Of a stretch of 64,000 nt of DNA, positions 36,888 through 45,047 are shown piece after piece. This DNA comes from Minisyncoccota bacterium (GTDB lineage Bacteria > Patescibacteriota > Minisyncoccia > Phycocordibacterales > CAJBRS01). The notes under the pieces were generated by a model that ran no database searches, had not been told where the DNA came from, and saw only the letters and a program-made list of their open reading frames with translations. The stretch lies in contig JADGRH010000002.1 in assembly GCA_017881075.1 (NCBI GenBank), positions 21,654-85,653 on the forward strand, read 5' to 3'. Every line of letters starts with the position of its first letter. The first letter of the stretch is position 1. Position numbers and translations under genes: made by a program.

Positions 36888-36951
36888 TTTTTAATGAATT
36901 TAAGCCATCAAATACCTAGGTTCGATACCTGCTCACCGAGTTTTGAAATAT

Positions 36952-37311
36952 CTATTCACCATCTCTAATTAAACGCACAAAGTAAGTCATTCCCTTTCCT
37001 ATATTTTGAGCTCTTTTATACCCAATCCCCATTAAAACTATATTAGCCATAACAGGTGGCTTTCCTTGATCTAAAATAACTGACTCCTCTGAAGCCCAGT
37101 AAGCACCTTCTTTAAAACCTTTTGTCTTTAATCTATCCGCCTCAAGAAGTTCCTCTGATGTAGGAAGTCTCCAAGGTTTTTCTCCTTCTGGTAGATTAGT
37201 GTTTAACTCTTCAATTATTCTGATGGCATCATCCCAATTTATACGAGTATCTATATCAATACCCCACTCTGACTTTAAGCTTTCTTGATTTGGAGTTCCT
37301 TCATTTTCCAT
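36952..37311 (-). CDS. DUF1566 (Lcl C-terminal domain)-like protein
   Basis: W-x-A...KPWRLPTSEEL pattern typical of the family. Confidence 0.45.
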   Translation of the reverse strand: MENEGTPNQESLKSEWGIDIDTRINWDDAIRIIEELNTNLPEGEKPWRLPTSEELLEADRLKTKGFKEGAYWASEESVILDQGKPPVMANIVLMGIGYKRAQNIGKGMTYFVRLIRDGE

Positions 37312-37346
37312 ATCTATTTATCATACCAAAAAAGTTCTAATAATTT

Positions 37347-37374
37347 GCTGGGGGTCTGGTACGATGTTGGAACC
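37347..37374 (+). repeat. repeat R14
   Basis: seen directly. Confidence 0.9.
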
Positions 37375-37391
37375 TTTGTTAGGATTTAGAC

Positions 37392-37706
37392 ATGGAATTC
37401 TTTCGTGAATCAGAACTAGATAAATTAATAAAAGAGCGAAATTCTAATGGCTGGGTTATGGCTGGATATGAGAAGTTAACAGTAACGAGGTTTCAGCCCG
37501 ATGCCAGATTTTTAGACGTGCCACTTCAGAGTGAAGATGATATAAAGAAAAAATATAAAAATGATGATACAGAAGTAGAACTAGTTTTAGCACCAAATCA
37601 TAAGTTAGAAGAAATTAGAAAAATACTTTCCCCTGAAGAATTTGCCAAAGCCTCTGTTCCTGATAGTGAGAAATCTTATTACGTATTCGTAAAAAAGAAA
37701 AATTGA
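37392..37706 (+). CDS. hypothetical protein (cassette ORF)
   Basis: 104-aa ORF. Confidence 0.45.
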   Translation: MEFFRESELDKLIKERNSNGWVMAGYEKLTVTRFQPDARFLDVPLQSEDDIKKKYKNDDTEVELVLAPNHKLEEIRKILSPEEFAKASVPDSEKSYYVFVKKKN

Positions 37707-37708
37707 TT

Positions 37709-37736
37709 GCTGGGGGTCTGGTACGATGTTGGAACC
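37709..37736 (+). repeat. repeat R15
   Basis: seen directly. Confidence 0.9.
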
Positions 37737-38020
37737 TATTTAGACTCTTTATTCATTTCGTCTCTCTCGAGTGCGTCCCCATCAATTGCGTCCAATAATT
37801 GACCCAACTCAACATTGCTCCAATCTTTATAAACGGATTTTTGCTGATTTTCATTGTCAGCTCCACGACTCCAAGCCTCAATGTCATTTCTTGTTTTTGT
37901 GTATATTTCGGGACTTATCTTCCTTACAGTTGCTAATTGCCTTACTTTTTCCCAAAATTCGTCAGTAGAAATCTCAGCCATATTTTCTATTTCATTTGGA
38001 TCATTTTCTCTTGATTCCAT
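37736..38020 (-). CDS. hypothetical acidic protein (cassette ORF)
   Basis: 94-aa ORF. Confidence 0.4.
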   Translation of the reverse strand: MESRENDPNEIENMAEISTDEFWEKVRQLATVRKISPEIYTKTRNDIEAWSRGADNENQQKSVYKDWSNVELGQLLDAIDGDALERDEMNKESK

Positions 38021-38126
38021 AAGGATAATTTAAGTTATGTTTAATATTTTTATTATACCAGATTCACCCGTCCTATTCTTATCTATTTTTAAATGGCTAA
38101 TCTAAAAGAGATTTTAATGCTTCCTC

Positions 38127-38154
38127 GCTGGGGGTCTGGTACGACGTTGGAACC
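38127..38154 (+). repeat. repeat R16 (ACGACG variant)
   Basis: seen directly. Confidence 0.9.
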
Positions 38155-38169
38155 TTTTTGACCTGAGTG

Positions 38170-38388
38170 CTATGCCTTACGCCATTGATTTGGCTTTCCC
38201 TTGTTAGTATGCCGAACTCGCTCAACGTCAGGTCGTACGCCCGGAAAAAGCTTTTGAGCTTTAGCTATAGCTTTTGCCTGCGTAGGAGCAACAACGGAAG
38301 CGCGCTTTGAGTGTTCTTGCCTCACAGCATAATCTTTCTCTTCTGATCGTCGTTCTATGTATACATCTCCCTTTCTTAATTTAGTCAT
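38170..38388 (-). CDS. DUF2188-like small protein
   Basis: DVYIERRSEEKDYAVRQEHSKRAS...TQAKAIAKAQKL pattern resembles DUF2188. Confidence 0.45.
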   Translation of the reverse strand: MTKLRKGDVYIERRSEEKDYAVRQEHSKRASVVAPTQAKAIAKAQKLFPGVRPDVERVRHTNKGKPNQWRKA

Positions 38389-38394
38389 AGCGAT

Positions 38395-38751
38395 TTAATT
38401 AATATGATTCGCCTCCGCTTGTTGTTTTGCTAATTCATTAATGGCAATTATGTTTGCGCCAAACCCTGTTCTATAATGTTTACTCCGAGAGCTCCTTTTG
38501 AACAAAAACTTAGTAATTTTCTCTCTACCTACTAACGGTGCAATCTTTTTATCTTTTCTAGGGTCGTCCCACATTGAAACTACTTCCCACCCCACAGCAC
38601 CCAACTCGTTCAGCATTAAGTTAAAATATTCTCTTTTGTGTTCTAAATTCTTGTATTCTTTTGAGTCGTAGTCATGCTCATCAAACTCTTCGTTGCTAGG
38701 ATTGAACATCCCGTGTACTAAGTACTCAAAACTCTGATCTAGAAATTTCAT
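38395..38751 (-). CDS. hypothetical protein
   Basis: 118-aa ORF, 6 bp downstream of the previous gene. Confidence 0.45.
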   Translation of the reverse strand: MKFLDQSFEYLVHGMFNPSNEEFDEHDYDSKEYKNLEHKREYFNLMLNELGAVGWEVVSMWDDPRKDKKIAPLVGREKITKFLFKRSSRSKHYRTGFGANIIAINELAKQQAEANHIN

Positions 38752-38774
38752 AACATTGAGTATACCAAATTCTT

Positions 38775-38806
38775 TTGACGGATGTCTGGGACAACATTGG
38801 GACCCA
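38775..38806 (+). repeat. degenerate repeat R17 (GACGGATGTCTGGGACAACATTGGGACCC)
   Basis: about 65% identity to the consensus in the expected position. Confidence 0.6.
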
Positions 38807-38825
38807 TTAGAGACATAGAATTTAA

Positions 38826-39035
38826 TTAATTTATTTCTTCAGCCTTCTCGCCGTACAACTTCATACTTTGAGCCTGTAAAGCTTCCAACGAATTATACTG
38901 ACCAACTACCTTCATTGGGGTCAAATATGGCAAATGATGTGAGGTTCTATCGTCTTCCATTTCATAGATAGGATGTATTAGAATGAAATCATCGCCCATT
39001 TTTCTGTAGCAAGGTTTAGCTAAGGGTTGTGTCAT
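38826..39035 (-). CDS. hypothetical protein
   Basis: 69-aa ORF. Confidence 0.35.
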   Translation of the reverse strand: MTQPLAKPCYRKMGDDFILIHPIYEMEDDRTSHHLPYLTPMKVVGQYNSLEALQAQSMKLYGEKAEEIN

Positions 39036-39076
39036 ATCTAAACTCTACAATAAAAAATAATGTTTAAAAAGTGTGG

Positions 39077-39104
39077 GCTGGATGTCTGGTACGATGTTGG
39101 AACC
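39077..39104 (+). repeat. repeat R18 (GCTGGATGTCTGG variant)
   Basis: seen directly. Confidence 0.85.
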
Positions 39105-39135
39105 TGTTTGTATCAAAAGTGATATAATCAGAAAT

Positions 39136-39591
39136 ATGACTGATAATAAAGAAAATACAGGCGTAACACTGACACCAGCTCAAACTGTTGATCTATTAAT
39201 GAGGCTTTATGATGCTAGATTTAACTATATGCCAGATGGCACTGTTCAAATTGATGTTAAAGTGCAAAATCTTATAGAAGAACTTGCGACAAACGCCGAA
39301 AAATCTTTTGGTCATGTAAAAGATGCTCAAGGAAAGAGTGTTTTTGGTGAGGCTTACGAGAAATATCGTAAAGGTCAAGATGCTATATTAAAAATCAGCG
39401 ATTTAGTAGTTTTAAATCCTAATGCTACGGCTTCTGATAAACAAGTTCATATAGAAAAAATATTAAAACTTAGTGAGACTGTAACAGGTAGATTATTCAT
39501 TCAACAAAGTATAGATGAATTTAAGACCGTAACGGGAGTCGATTTGAGTGAAAATATTAAAGCAATTCAAAAACTTTCTGACCATAAATAA
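39136..39591 (+). CDS. hypothetical protein (cassette ORF); start moved downstream of the repeat
   Basis: the ORF track opens at 39073 inside the repeat; MTDNKENT is the first Met after it. Confidence 0.45.
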   Translation: MTDNKENTGVTLTPAQTVDLLMRLYDARFNYMPDGTVQIDVKVQNLIEELATNAEKSFGHVKDAQGKSVFGEAYEKYRKGQDAILKISDLVVLNPNATASDKQVHIEKILKLSETVTGRLFIQQSIDEFKTVTGVDLSENIKAIQKLSDHK

Positions 39592-39647
39592 TTTTGTTAT
39601 AAATTACAATGTATAATCAGTTAAATTAACAAGCTATGTTTGCAACA

Positions 39648-39673
39648 CTGTGGGTCTGGTACGATGTGGAACC
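39648..39673 (+). repeat. repeat R19 (CTGTGGGTCTGGTACGATG-TGGAACCC; 1-nt deletion)
   Basis: seen directly. Confidence 0.8.
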
Positions 39674-39686
39674 CATATCAATAATT

Positions 39687-40004
39687 TTATTTCCAGGGGA
39701 GGCCCTTCTGAATCAAAATATAGGGTAAATAACCGGTTATTCCATAAAAAGCTACAATAAGAACTAGAAAATCTCCGATCTCTAAGGTGGTGAAAGAATG
39801 TATCCTCCAAAATATAAAATAAGCTAAGGCAATCCACCCCACTAATGAACCAATGAAATTTAGGATCCACTGACTCATACGTAATGGCCATGGAAAATCT
39901 CTCCACTTTTTCAGAGGCAGTCCATGAATTGTGGGGGTAAAGTATGTAATAAGAAAACTGGAAAGGATTGCAACTGCCCAATATGTTATATAAATAGAAG
40001 TCAT
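39687..40004 (-). CDS. membrane protein (cassette ORF)
   Basis: 105 aa, 3 TM segments; preferred over the overlapping 39634-39981 frame. Confidence 0.4.
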   Translation of the reverse strand: MTSIYITYWAVAILSSFLITYFTPTIHGLPLKKWRDFPWPLRMSQWILNFIGSLVGWIALAYFIFWRIHSFTTLEIGDFLVLIVAFYGITGYLPYILIQKGLPWK

Positions 40005-40046
40005 ACGTTATTAGTTATTATATCAAGATTCTAATTTGAAAATACT

Positions 40047-40076
40047 GCGTTGGGGGTTTGGGACGACGCTGGATCC
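40047..40076 (+). repeat. degenerate terminal repeat R20 (GCGTTGGGGGTTTGGGACGACGCTGGATCC)
   Basis: seen directly; last copy of the array. Confidence 0.7.
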
Positions 40077-40085
40077 TTTTTGAGG

Positions 40086-40577
40086 TTAACTCCAGATTTC
40101 ACTAGCTCTAGGTTCAAATTGTCTTAATATCTTTAGATAGTCTGCCTGAATATTCTGCTCGGCCCATTTAGGATACAACTCTCCTATTTGCCCATTTTTC
40201 ATCGAAATCTCATTACATGGCCCAAAAAAGAAGCCGTCTGGCGAGGCAATGAAAAGCCATGAGGGGTTCCACATTTTTAGAATGTCGTCCGTAATTTCTT
40301 TTATTTTACTTGGATCACGTCTAGTACAGAATTTAACTTCTACCAAATATACTTCTTTCTTATCCTGAGATATCAAGACAAAATCAGGAGCATTTCTTAT
40401 ATTTTCAAGAACGGCTTTTACTTCGGCTAGGTGTTGATATTGAGCAAGTTCCGGTAGTGTATATTCATAACCGGATCTGAGAATCGTATATTTCCCTGAT
40501 TCCCGAAACATTTGTTCAAAAATAGTTTCAGCGATTCTCCCTTTTATTAACTCTTTTGTAAATTCAATTTTATTCAT
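40086..40577 (-). CDS. PD-(D/E)xK nuclease-fold protein
   Basis: APDFVL...VYLVEVKF matches the PD...ExK catalytic core arrangement. Confidence 0.45.
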   Translation of the reverse strand: MNKIEFTKELIKGRIAETIFEQMFRESGKYTILRSGYEYTLPELAQYQHLAEVKAVLENIRNAPDFVLISQDKKEVYLVEVKFCTRRDPSKIKEITDDILKMWNPSWLFIASPDGFFFGPCNEISMKNGQIGELYPKWAEQNIQADYLKILRQFEPRASEIWS

Positions 40578-40588
40578 TTGGGTCTGGA

Positions 40589-41278
40589 TTACTCAATGCC
40601 ATCTAACATAGTCTGACTTAACGATATCGGCTTAGCTCCCGCAATATGCATAGGTTCTCGAATATCAAGAGCCGGATTTACTTGTGAAGGAATTCTAAAT
40701 GATATCGACATGACACCAATTACTTTATTGGACTCGATATCAATCAAAGGACATCCGCTATTTCCCGGATTACTTATCGCGTCTACGATAAACCAATCAA
40801 GTGGGTTCGGTGCTTGTGCTTTTCGTTTTACAGAACTGATTATTCCCTTATTCGCTATTAAGGTTAGGCCGAACCCGTCTTTTAACAAATTTACTGCATA
40901 AGGAAACCCAATGAAGTAAACGTCCTGACCCTCAACAATTGACTCGGAAAATTCTATTTTCAATGGCTTCAATAAATTAGGTTGAGTATTTGGTTTTAAT
41001 TTTAAAATGGCCATATCGTTTTCAAGAGCTTTTGTTTGGACCTCTACATTAAACCAATTATATTTTAGAAGATGACCTTCAGTTTCAGAAGCCACCATAC
41101 AGCCTAAATTAGTTAATTGATCTGGACTAAAATTTTGAATCAAATGGGCGGTTGTTAAGATAAATTGATTACTATGTACACAAAAACCACTTCCAAGAAT
41201 ATTCAATTGGCCATTATTAAGTGTGCCAACCGCTACGATGGAATTTATTACATCTTTTATATCACTCTTTAAGTTCAT
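40589..41278 (-). CDS. trypsin-like serine peptidase
   Basis: GSGFCVHSNQFILTTAHLI (His region) and GNSGCPL (Ser region) motifs. Confidence 0.6.
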   Translation of the reverse strand: MNLKSDIKDVINSIVAVGTLNNGQLNILGSGFCVHSNQFILTTAHLIQNFSPDQLTNLGCMVASETEGHLLKYNWFNVEVQTKALENDMAILKLKPNTQPNLLKPLKIEFSESIVEGQDVYFIGFPYAVNLLKDGFGLTLIANKGIISSVKRKAQAPNPLDWFIVDAISNPGNSGCPLIDIESNKVIGVMSISFRIPSQVNPALDIREPMHIAGAKPISLSQTMLDGIE

Positions 41279-41281
41279 AGT

Positions 41282-41500
41282 TTATTTAATTGTATTATTA
41301 ATAATAGCCGGACTATCTACGTTTGTGGCGTTATTAATAATATTTTGTGTGCCAATATTATTAATAATGTTATCACCATTTTTATTTTTTTGCTTGGAGA
41401 GATTCTTTTTATAAATGCTGATGCCTGTAAGGCCAATGAGTCCTAGAGTTATCCCTGCGGCGACAGAAGCAATATAGTTTACTAAGATAATTTCAATCAT
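41282..41500 (-). CDS. small membrane protein with Asn/Ile-rich tail
   Basis: 72-aa ORF, one TM segment. Confidence 0.3.
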   Translation of the reverse strand: MIEIILVNYIASVAAGITLGLIGLTGISIYKKNLSKQKNKNGDNIINNIGTQNIINNATNVDSPAIINNTIK

Positions 41501-41554
41501 GGCTACCTATAATACTAAGAGGGCTTTATCTAATATGCAGATAATAAAGTACTA

Positions 41555-41869
41555 TTATCCATTTGTCCACCACGCACCTAGATTAGACCAAAAGACCATT
41601 ATGAATCCAATGATGATTAAAATTATCCCATACACTACGGATTTAAATAGGATAAAGAAGCCGAGAAAAATTATAAAAGATGCCCAGACCCCCATCTTCT
41701 TCCATTTCTTAGCTGTTTGTTCAATCTCTATCACTTTTACCACCTCTACCACCTTCTTGTCTTCCTTAGCCTCAGTAGACTGAGGATGGATCGGATTACC
41801 ACAGGAGATACACGCACTTGCTTTGTCTGATATCTCTTTTCCACATTCTGAACATTTTATAAGCGACAT
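41555..41869 (-). CDS. zinc-ribbon plus TM small protein
   Basis: MSLIKCSECGKEISDKASACISCG followed by 2 TM segments; start taken at the internal Met. Confidence 0.35.
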   Translation of the reverse strand: MSLIKCSECGKEISDKASACISCGNPIHPQSTEAKEDKKVVEVVKVIEIEQTAKKWKKMGVWASFIIFLGFFILFKSVVYGIILIIIGFIMVFWSNLGAWWTNG

Positions 41870-42414
41870 AAATTTTATTTGCTTAATAGATTTATAAATA
41901 CAAAAAGCCCACCACGGGTAGTGGCCGAAGCCACTCAAACCGGTTTCCCGATAAGGCTGGATACAGCAACCCCATGATGGGTTTTTTATGCTGTATCCAG
42001 ACTTTTCGCCATGCCAACAATTTCTCATTGGTTTAGGCCATATTCAGTTGTAGATAAATTATAACACTAAAATAAGAAAATCTTGACTTGCAATTACTTT
42101 TACGAGGAGTAGAATCGTCGTTAATCAGGGTTCCCCAAAGAGGGATACTAGGAGGATATATTGCCCCACCCATTGTTTAGTTTTATCAGTTTCTTAACTA
42201 ATACAAGGCGGGGTGTTTTCTTTTTCCTCACAACTTATTGAGGAGACAATAAAAGTTTTTCGTGAAGAGAACGATCTAGAATTGTCTCCAGAGAAAGCCA
42301 ACGAATATTTAAATGCGTTTGCTGGCTTGTTTTTGGCGTTTCGGGATATGCCCGCAAGCCCGAGCTCTTTAGAGCCGGGCGGCGGGCTTCCGGACGACAA
42401 TCAAGACGATTCAA

Positions 42415-42439
42415 CCCTAGGTGTTAGTAACACCTAGGG
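42415..42439. promoter_or_regulatory. perfect 25-bp palindrome CCCTAGGTGTTA-G-TAACACCTAGGG, 19 bp upstream of the Rep-like gene
   Basis: 12-bp perfect arms; candidate operator or origin/nick hairpin. Confidence 0.5.
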
Positions 42440-42457
42440 TACGTTGCATATTGCACC

Positions 42458-43501
42458 ATGATAGACACCATTAAATTTTTAATACCAATGAAAGATCATA
42501 AACTCTTTGAACAACTAAAAGGCAACCTAATGCGATTCAGGAAAGATGATTTAAAAACTGGAAAAATGGAGTTTGAATTTTTCAGTAGCAATATTGAACT
42601 TGGCTCCTATCAGCGTTCAGTTGCCATAAAATCAACTGATGTACCCCAAGGATTCTTCATTGAATTTTCGGTCCCGAAGTATGCCAAGGGAAATAACGTG
42701 GAGATGATTTATCCGCATGACCTTCCTGATATTATGGCGAAACTTTATGAGGAATTATGCAACCACATGAATTACCGGCTTCTGCATTTCTCTCTATGGC
42801 CAATATATCGCCTTGATGTCTGCTACAACTGGATTTTCAAAAATGAGAGTGAGGCGGTCTATGCTATGGATTTTCTAAGGAGAATTGATTTTCCTCGCAA
42901 GAAAAAATACACCTATGACACCTCGGTTATGCATAAAGGCAGTGCTTACACCATAAAGTTTTATGCCAAAGGGCCAGAATTTAAAGCCCATGATTTTAAG
43001 AAAATTGAATTTAATCATGCCCTTAGTCTTCAGTCTTGGGCAGATCGGATAGTCCGGTTTGAAGTGAATTTGAAACGAATCTACCTACAGCAGTTTTTTC
43101 TGCTTGATGTAGTGTATATGAAAGATGTCGTTGATGATGAAAGCATTTTGGAAATCCTTAAATATTATTTGGAGAAAAAAGTATTTTTCTATCTTAATGC
43201 AAATTCTATGACTGATGAGAGCATAAAGCAGATATTGTTTGATAACTTTACCAAAATAAAAGCTACCCGCCTTTACCAGTTCTACAAGGATTTTTATTTT
43301 AGCGATGAGATGAAAAACATGCTTCTGCGGGGTGGCCTGAACAGAAGCACCATCTACCGATACAAGAAAGATTTAAAGAGGGTGGGTATAGGCATTTCAA
43401 TGGAAAAGTCGCCAAGTAGTATTAACATTTTAGAGCAGTTAGTCATTCCGTCCCCGAACTCCCGCTTTGATTTAATTGATTATCAATTTAAGGAAGTATA
43501 A
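42458..43501 (+). CDS. hypothetical protein, possibly a Rep_trans-type replication initiation protein
   Basis: 347 aa; loose similarity to the Rep_trans pattern (Y..K...RFE.NLKR); lies next to the serine recombinase. Confidence 0.3.
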   Translation: MIDTIKFLIPMKDHKLFEQLKGNLMRFRKDDLKTGKMEFEFFSSNIELGSYQRSVAIKSTDVPQGFFIEFSVPKYAKGNNVEMIYPHDLPDIMAKLYEELCNHMNYRLLHFSLWPIYRLDVCYNWIFKNESEAVYAMDFLRRIDFPRKKKYTYDTSVMHKGSAYTIKFYAKGPEFKAHDFKKIEFNHALSLQSWADRIVRFEVNLKRIYLQQFFLLDVVYMKDVVDDESILEILKYYLEKKVFFYLNANSMTDESIKQILFDNFTKIKATRLYQFYKDFYFSDEMKNMLLRGGLNRSTIYRYKKDLKRVGIGISMEKSPSSINILEQLVIPSPNSRFDLIDYQFKEV

Positions 43502-43511
43502 TATTGCCAAT

Positions 43512-45047
43512 ATGAAATTCATCATCTACTGCCGAAAATCAACAGACAGCGAAGATAGACAGGTTCTTTCTTTGGAATCTCAAGAAAACGAACTTAAACG
43601 ACTTGCTGAAACTAATGATCTAAAAATTGTTTCCATTTTTCGGGAGAGTATGTCGGCCAAAGAGCCGGGCCGTCCAGTATTCAATGACATGATGAAAATG
43701 ATTCTCTCTGGAAAGGCTGACGCAATTCTGTGTTGGAAGATAGATCGTCTTACTCGTAATCCTGTTGATGGTGGGCAGATTCAATGGTTGCTTCAGACTA
43801 ATAAAATAAATTGCATTAGAACTTTTGAAAAAAGTTTCTACCCGAATGACAATGTCCTACTGATGAGCATTGAACAAGCCATGGCTAGTCAGTACATCAG
43901 GGATTTGAGTGTGAATGTTAAACGAGGTAATCGGGAGAAGTTAGCCAGAGGAGAGTGGCCTAATCATGCTCCTTTCGGATATTTGAATGATAAGGCCAAT
44001 AAGACTATCGTTGTTGATCGGGCTAATTCTAAATACGTTTCTAGAGTATATGACCTCTATGTTAATAATCATAAAAACTTTAAGGAAATTTCATCTTTTC
44101 TTCATAACGAGGGTTTGAGGACAAAGTCTGGTGGGAAAGTTATGAAAAGTCACATTCAGAGAATTCTCTCCAATCCATTTTATTCCGGTATCATGCTCCG
44201 AGAAGGAAAATATTATCAGGGCAACCATGAGCCGTTAATTCCGAAAAGTGTCTTCGATCAAGCCCAAGAAATTATGCAAGGAAAACTGCACCCTAAATCA
44301 AAACGATTATTCTTTCCACTCCGAGGATTCCTCTCTTGCGATAACTGCGGTTGTTCTCTCACTTCCTCCCTCAAAAAAGGCCACCAGTATTACTACTGCA
44401 CTAACGGCAAGGGTAGCTGTGAGGAACACAAAAGCTATCTCCGAGAAAACCAGCTTTATGGCGTGGTCGCCAATATCCTCGCCAATATTGATTTTACCGA
44501 GCCAAAGATTGAAAAAATGTATCAAGCGGCTAAGGAGAAATCTGACTTTGAGAGTGGGTATATCATTCAGAACTTAAAGACCCTAGAGACACAGCTAGAA
44601 TCGCTTAAAACGAAAGAATCTCGCCTTCTAGACACCTTCCTAGCCGAGCAGATACCGAAAGACCTTTACGATCAAAAAACTTTAGAATTGCAGAATGAAA
44701 AATTCTCACTAGAAAAAAGGATTAAAGAGTTTAAAATCCAACAACCCGCTTTTACTTTGGAACCGATTAAAAGTATGTTTCTGGAAGCCAGTAGAGCCAA
44801 AGTAGCATTTCTTAACGGAGATGATTACAAGAAAAGAAAAGTGATAGAAAATTTTGTTTGGAACTTATCGCTGAAAAACAAATCTGTGGCTCAAATGAAA
44901 CTCGTCGGGCCTTATGAAGTGATGTTCAAAGCACCTAAAAACGGCAGTATGCGTGAATTGCTGGGGGTCTGGGACTCGACCCGAGCTTTTATTGAGTTGG
45001 GCCGCTGTAGGGAGGGAGATATAACATTGGATCAAGGTATCCGTTAA
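43512..45047 (+). CDS. large serine recombinase
   Basis: resolvase catalytic domain IYCRKSTDSEDRQVLSLESQ (active-site Ser), recombinase domain, zinc ribbon CDNCGC...YYYC, C-terminal coiled coil. Confidence 0.85.
   Translation: MKFIIYCRKSTDSEDRQVLSLESQENELKRLAETNDLKIVSIFRESMSAKEPGRPVFNDMMKMILSGKADAILCWKIDRLTRNPVDGGQIQWLLQTNKINCIRTFEKSFYPNDNVLLMSIEQAMASQYIRDLSVNVKRGNREKLARGEWPNHAPFGYLNDKANKTIVVDRANSKYVSRVYDLYVNNHKNFKEISSFLHNEGLRTKSGGKVMKSHIQRILSNPFYSGIMLREGKYYQGNHEPLIPKSVFDQAQEIMQGKLHPKSKRLFFPLRGFLSCDNCGCSLTSSLKKGHQYYYCTNGKGSCEEHKSYLRENQLYGVVANILANIDFTEPKIEKMYQAAKEKSDFESGYIIQNLKTLETQLESLKTKESRLLDTFLAEQIPKDLYDQKTLELQNEKFSLEKRIKEFKIQQPAFTLEPIKSMFLEASRAKVAFLNGDDYKKRKVIENFVWNLSLKNKSVAQMKLVGPYEVMFKAPKNGSMRELLGVWDSTRAFIELGRCREGDITLDQGIR
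44960..44975 (+). repeat. half-copy of the array repeat (GCTGGGGGTCTGGGAC) inside the last 90 nt of the serine recombinase gene; identical to the left half of R1
   Basis: 16/16 nt identical to 24476-24491. Confidence 0.7.

Larger units (their letters stand above)
24476..40076 (+). repeat. array of at least 21 same-orientation copies of a 28-bp repeat separated by gene-sized units
   Basis: individual copies are listed below; spacers are 0.2-1.1 kb, except 5.5 kb around rarA/lexA/asnB. Confidence 0.9.
24178..45047. mobile_element. putative accessory/mobile region (cassette array plus Rep-like gene and serine recombinase); boundaries tentative
   Basis: density of hypothetical ORFs, repeats, the recombinase and tRNA-like genes at the left edge. 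Confidence 0.35.

Noticed and set aside
39073-39135. Upstream start of the 39073-39591 ORF, and 26860 as the start of the 26339 ORF
   Set aside because: These starts fall inside the conserved repeat copies. The first Met downstream of the repeat was used instead.
39634-39981. Alternative overlapping minus-strand ORF
   Set aside because: The 39687-40004 frame encodes a coherent 3-TM protein. The overlapping frame has no features.
24476-40076. CRISPR array
   Set aside because: Repeat length fits, but the spacers are 200-1100 bp and contain ORFs. There is no cas gene and no leader-proximal spacer uniformity.
42061-42120. TTGACT...TAGAAT promoter upstream of the Rep-like gene
   Set aside because: Hexamer spacing is 21 bp, which is too long for a sigma70 promoter.
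42194-42437. Two overlapping small ORFs (42194-42400 on -, 42213-42437 on +)
   Set aside because: There are no motifs and they are mutually exclusive. The plus ORF runs through the palindrome, so the region is more likely regulatory.
24476-45047. Classical integron (intI, attI, attC cassettes)
   Set aside because: There is no tyrosine integron integrase. The repeats are much shorter and more uniform than attC sites and lack the R''/L''-L'/R' bipartite structure. I keep only integron-like as an analogy.
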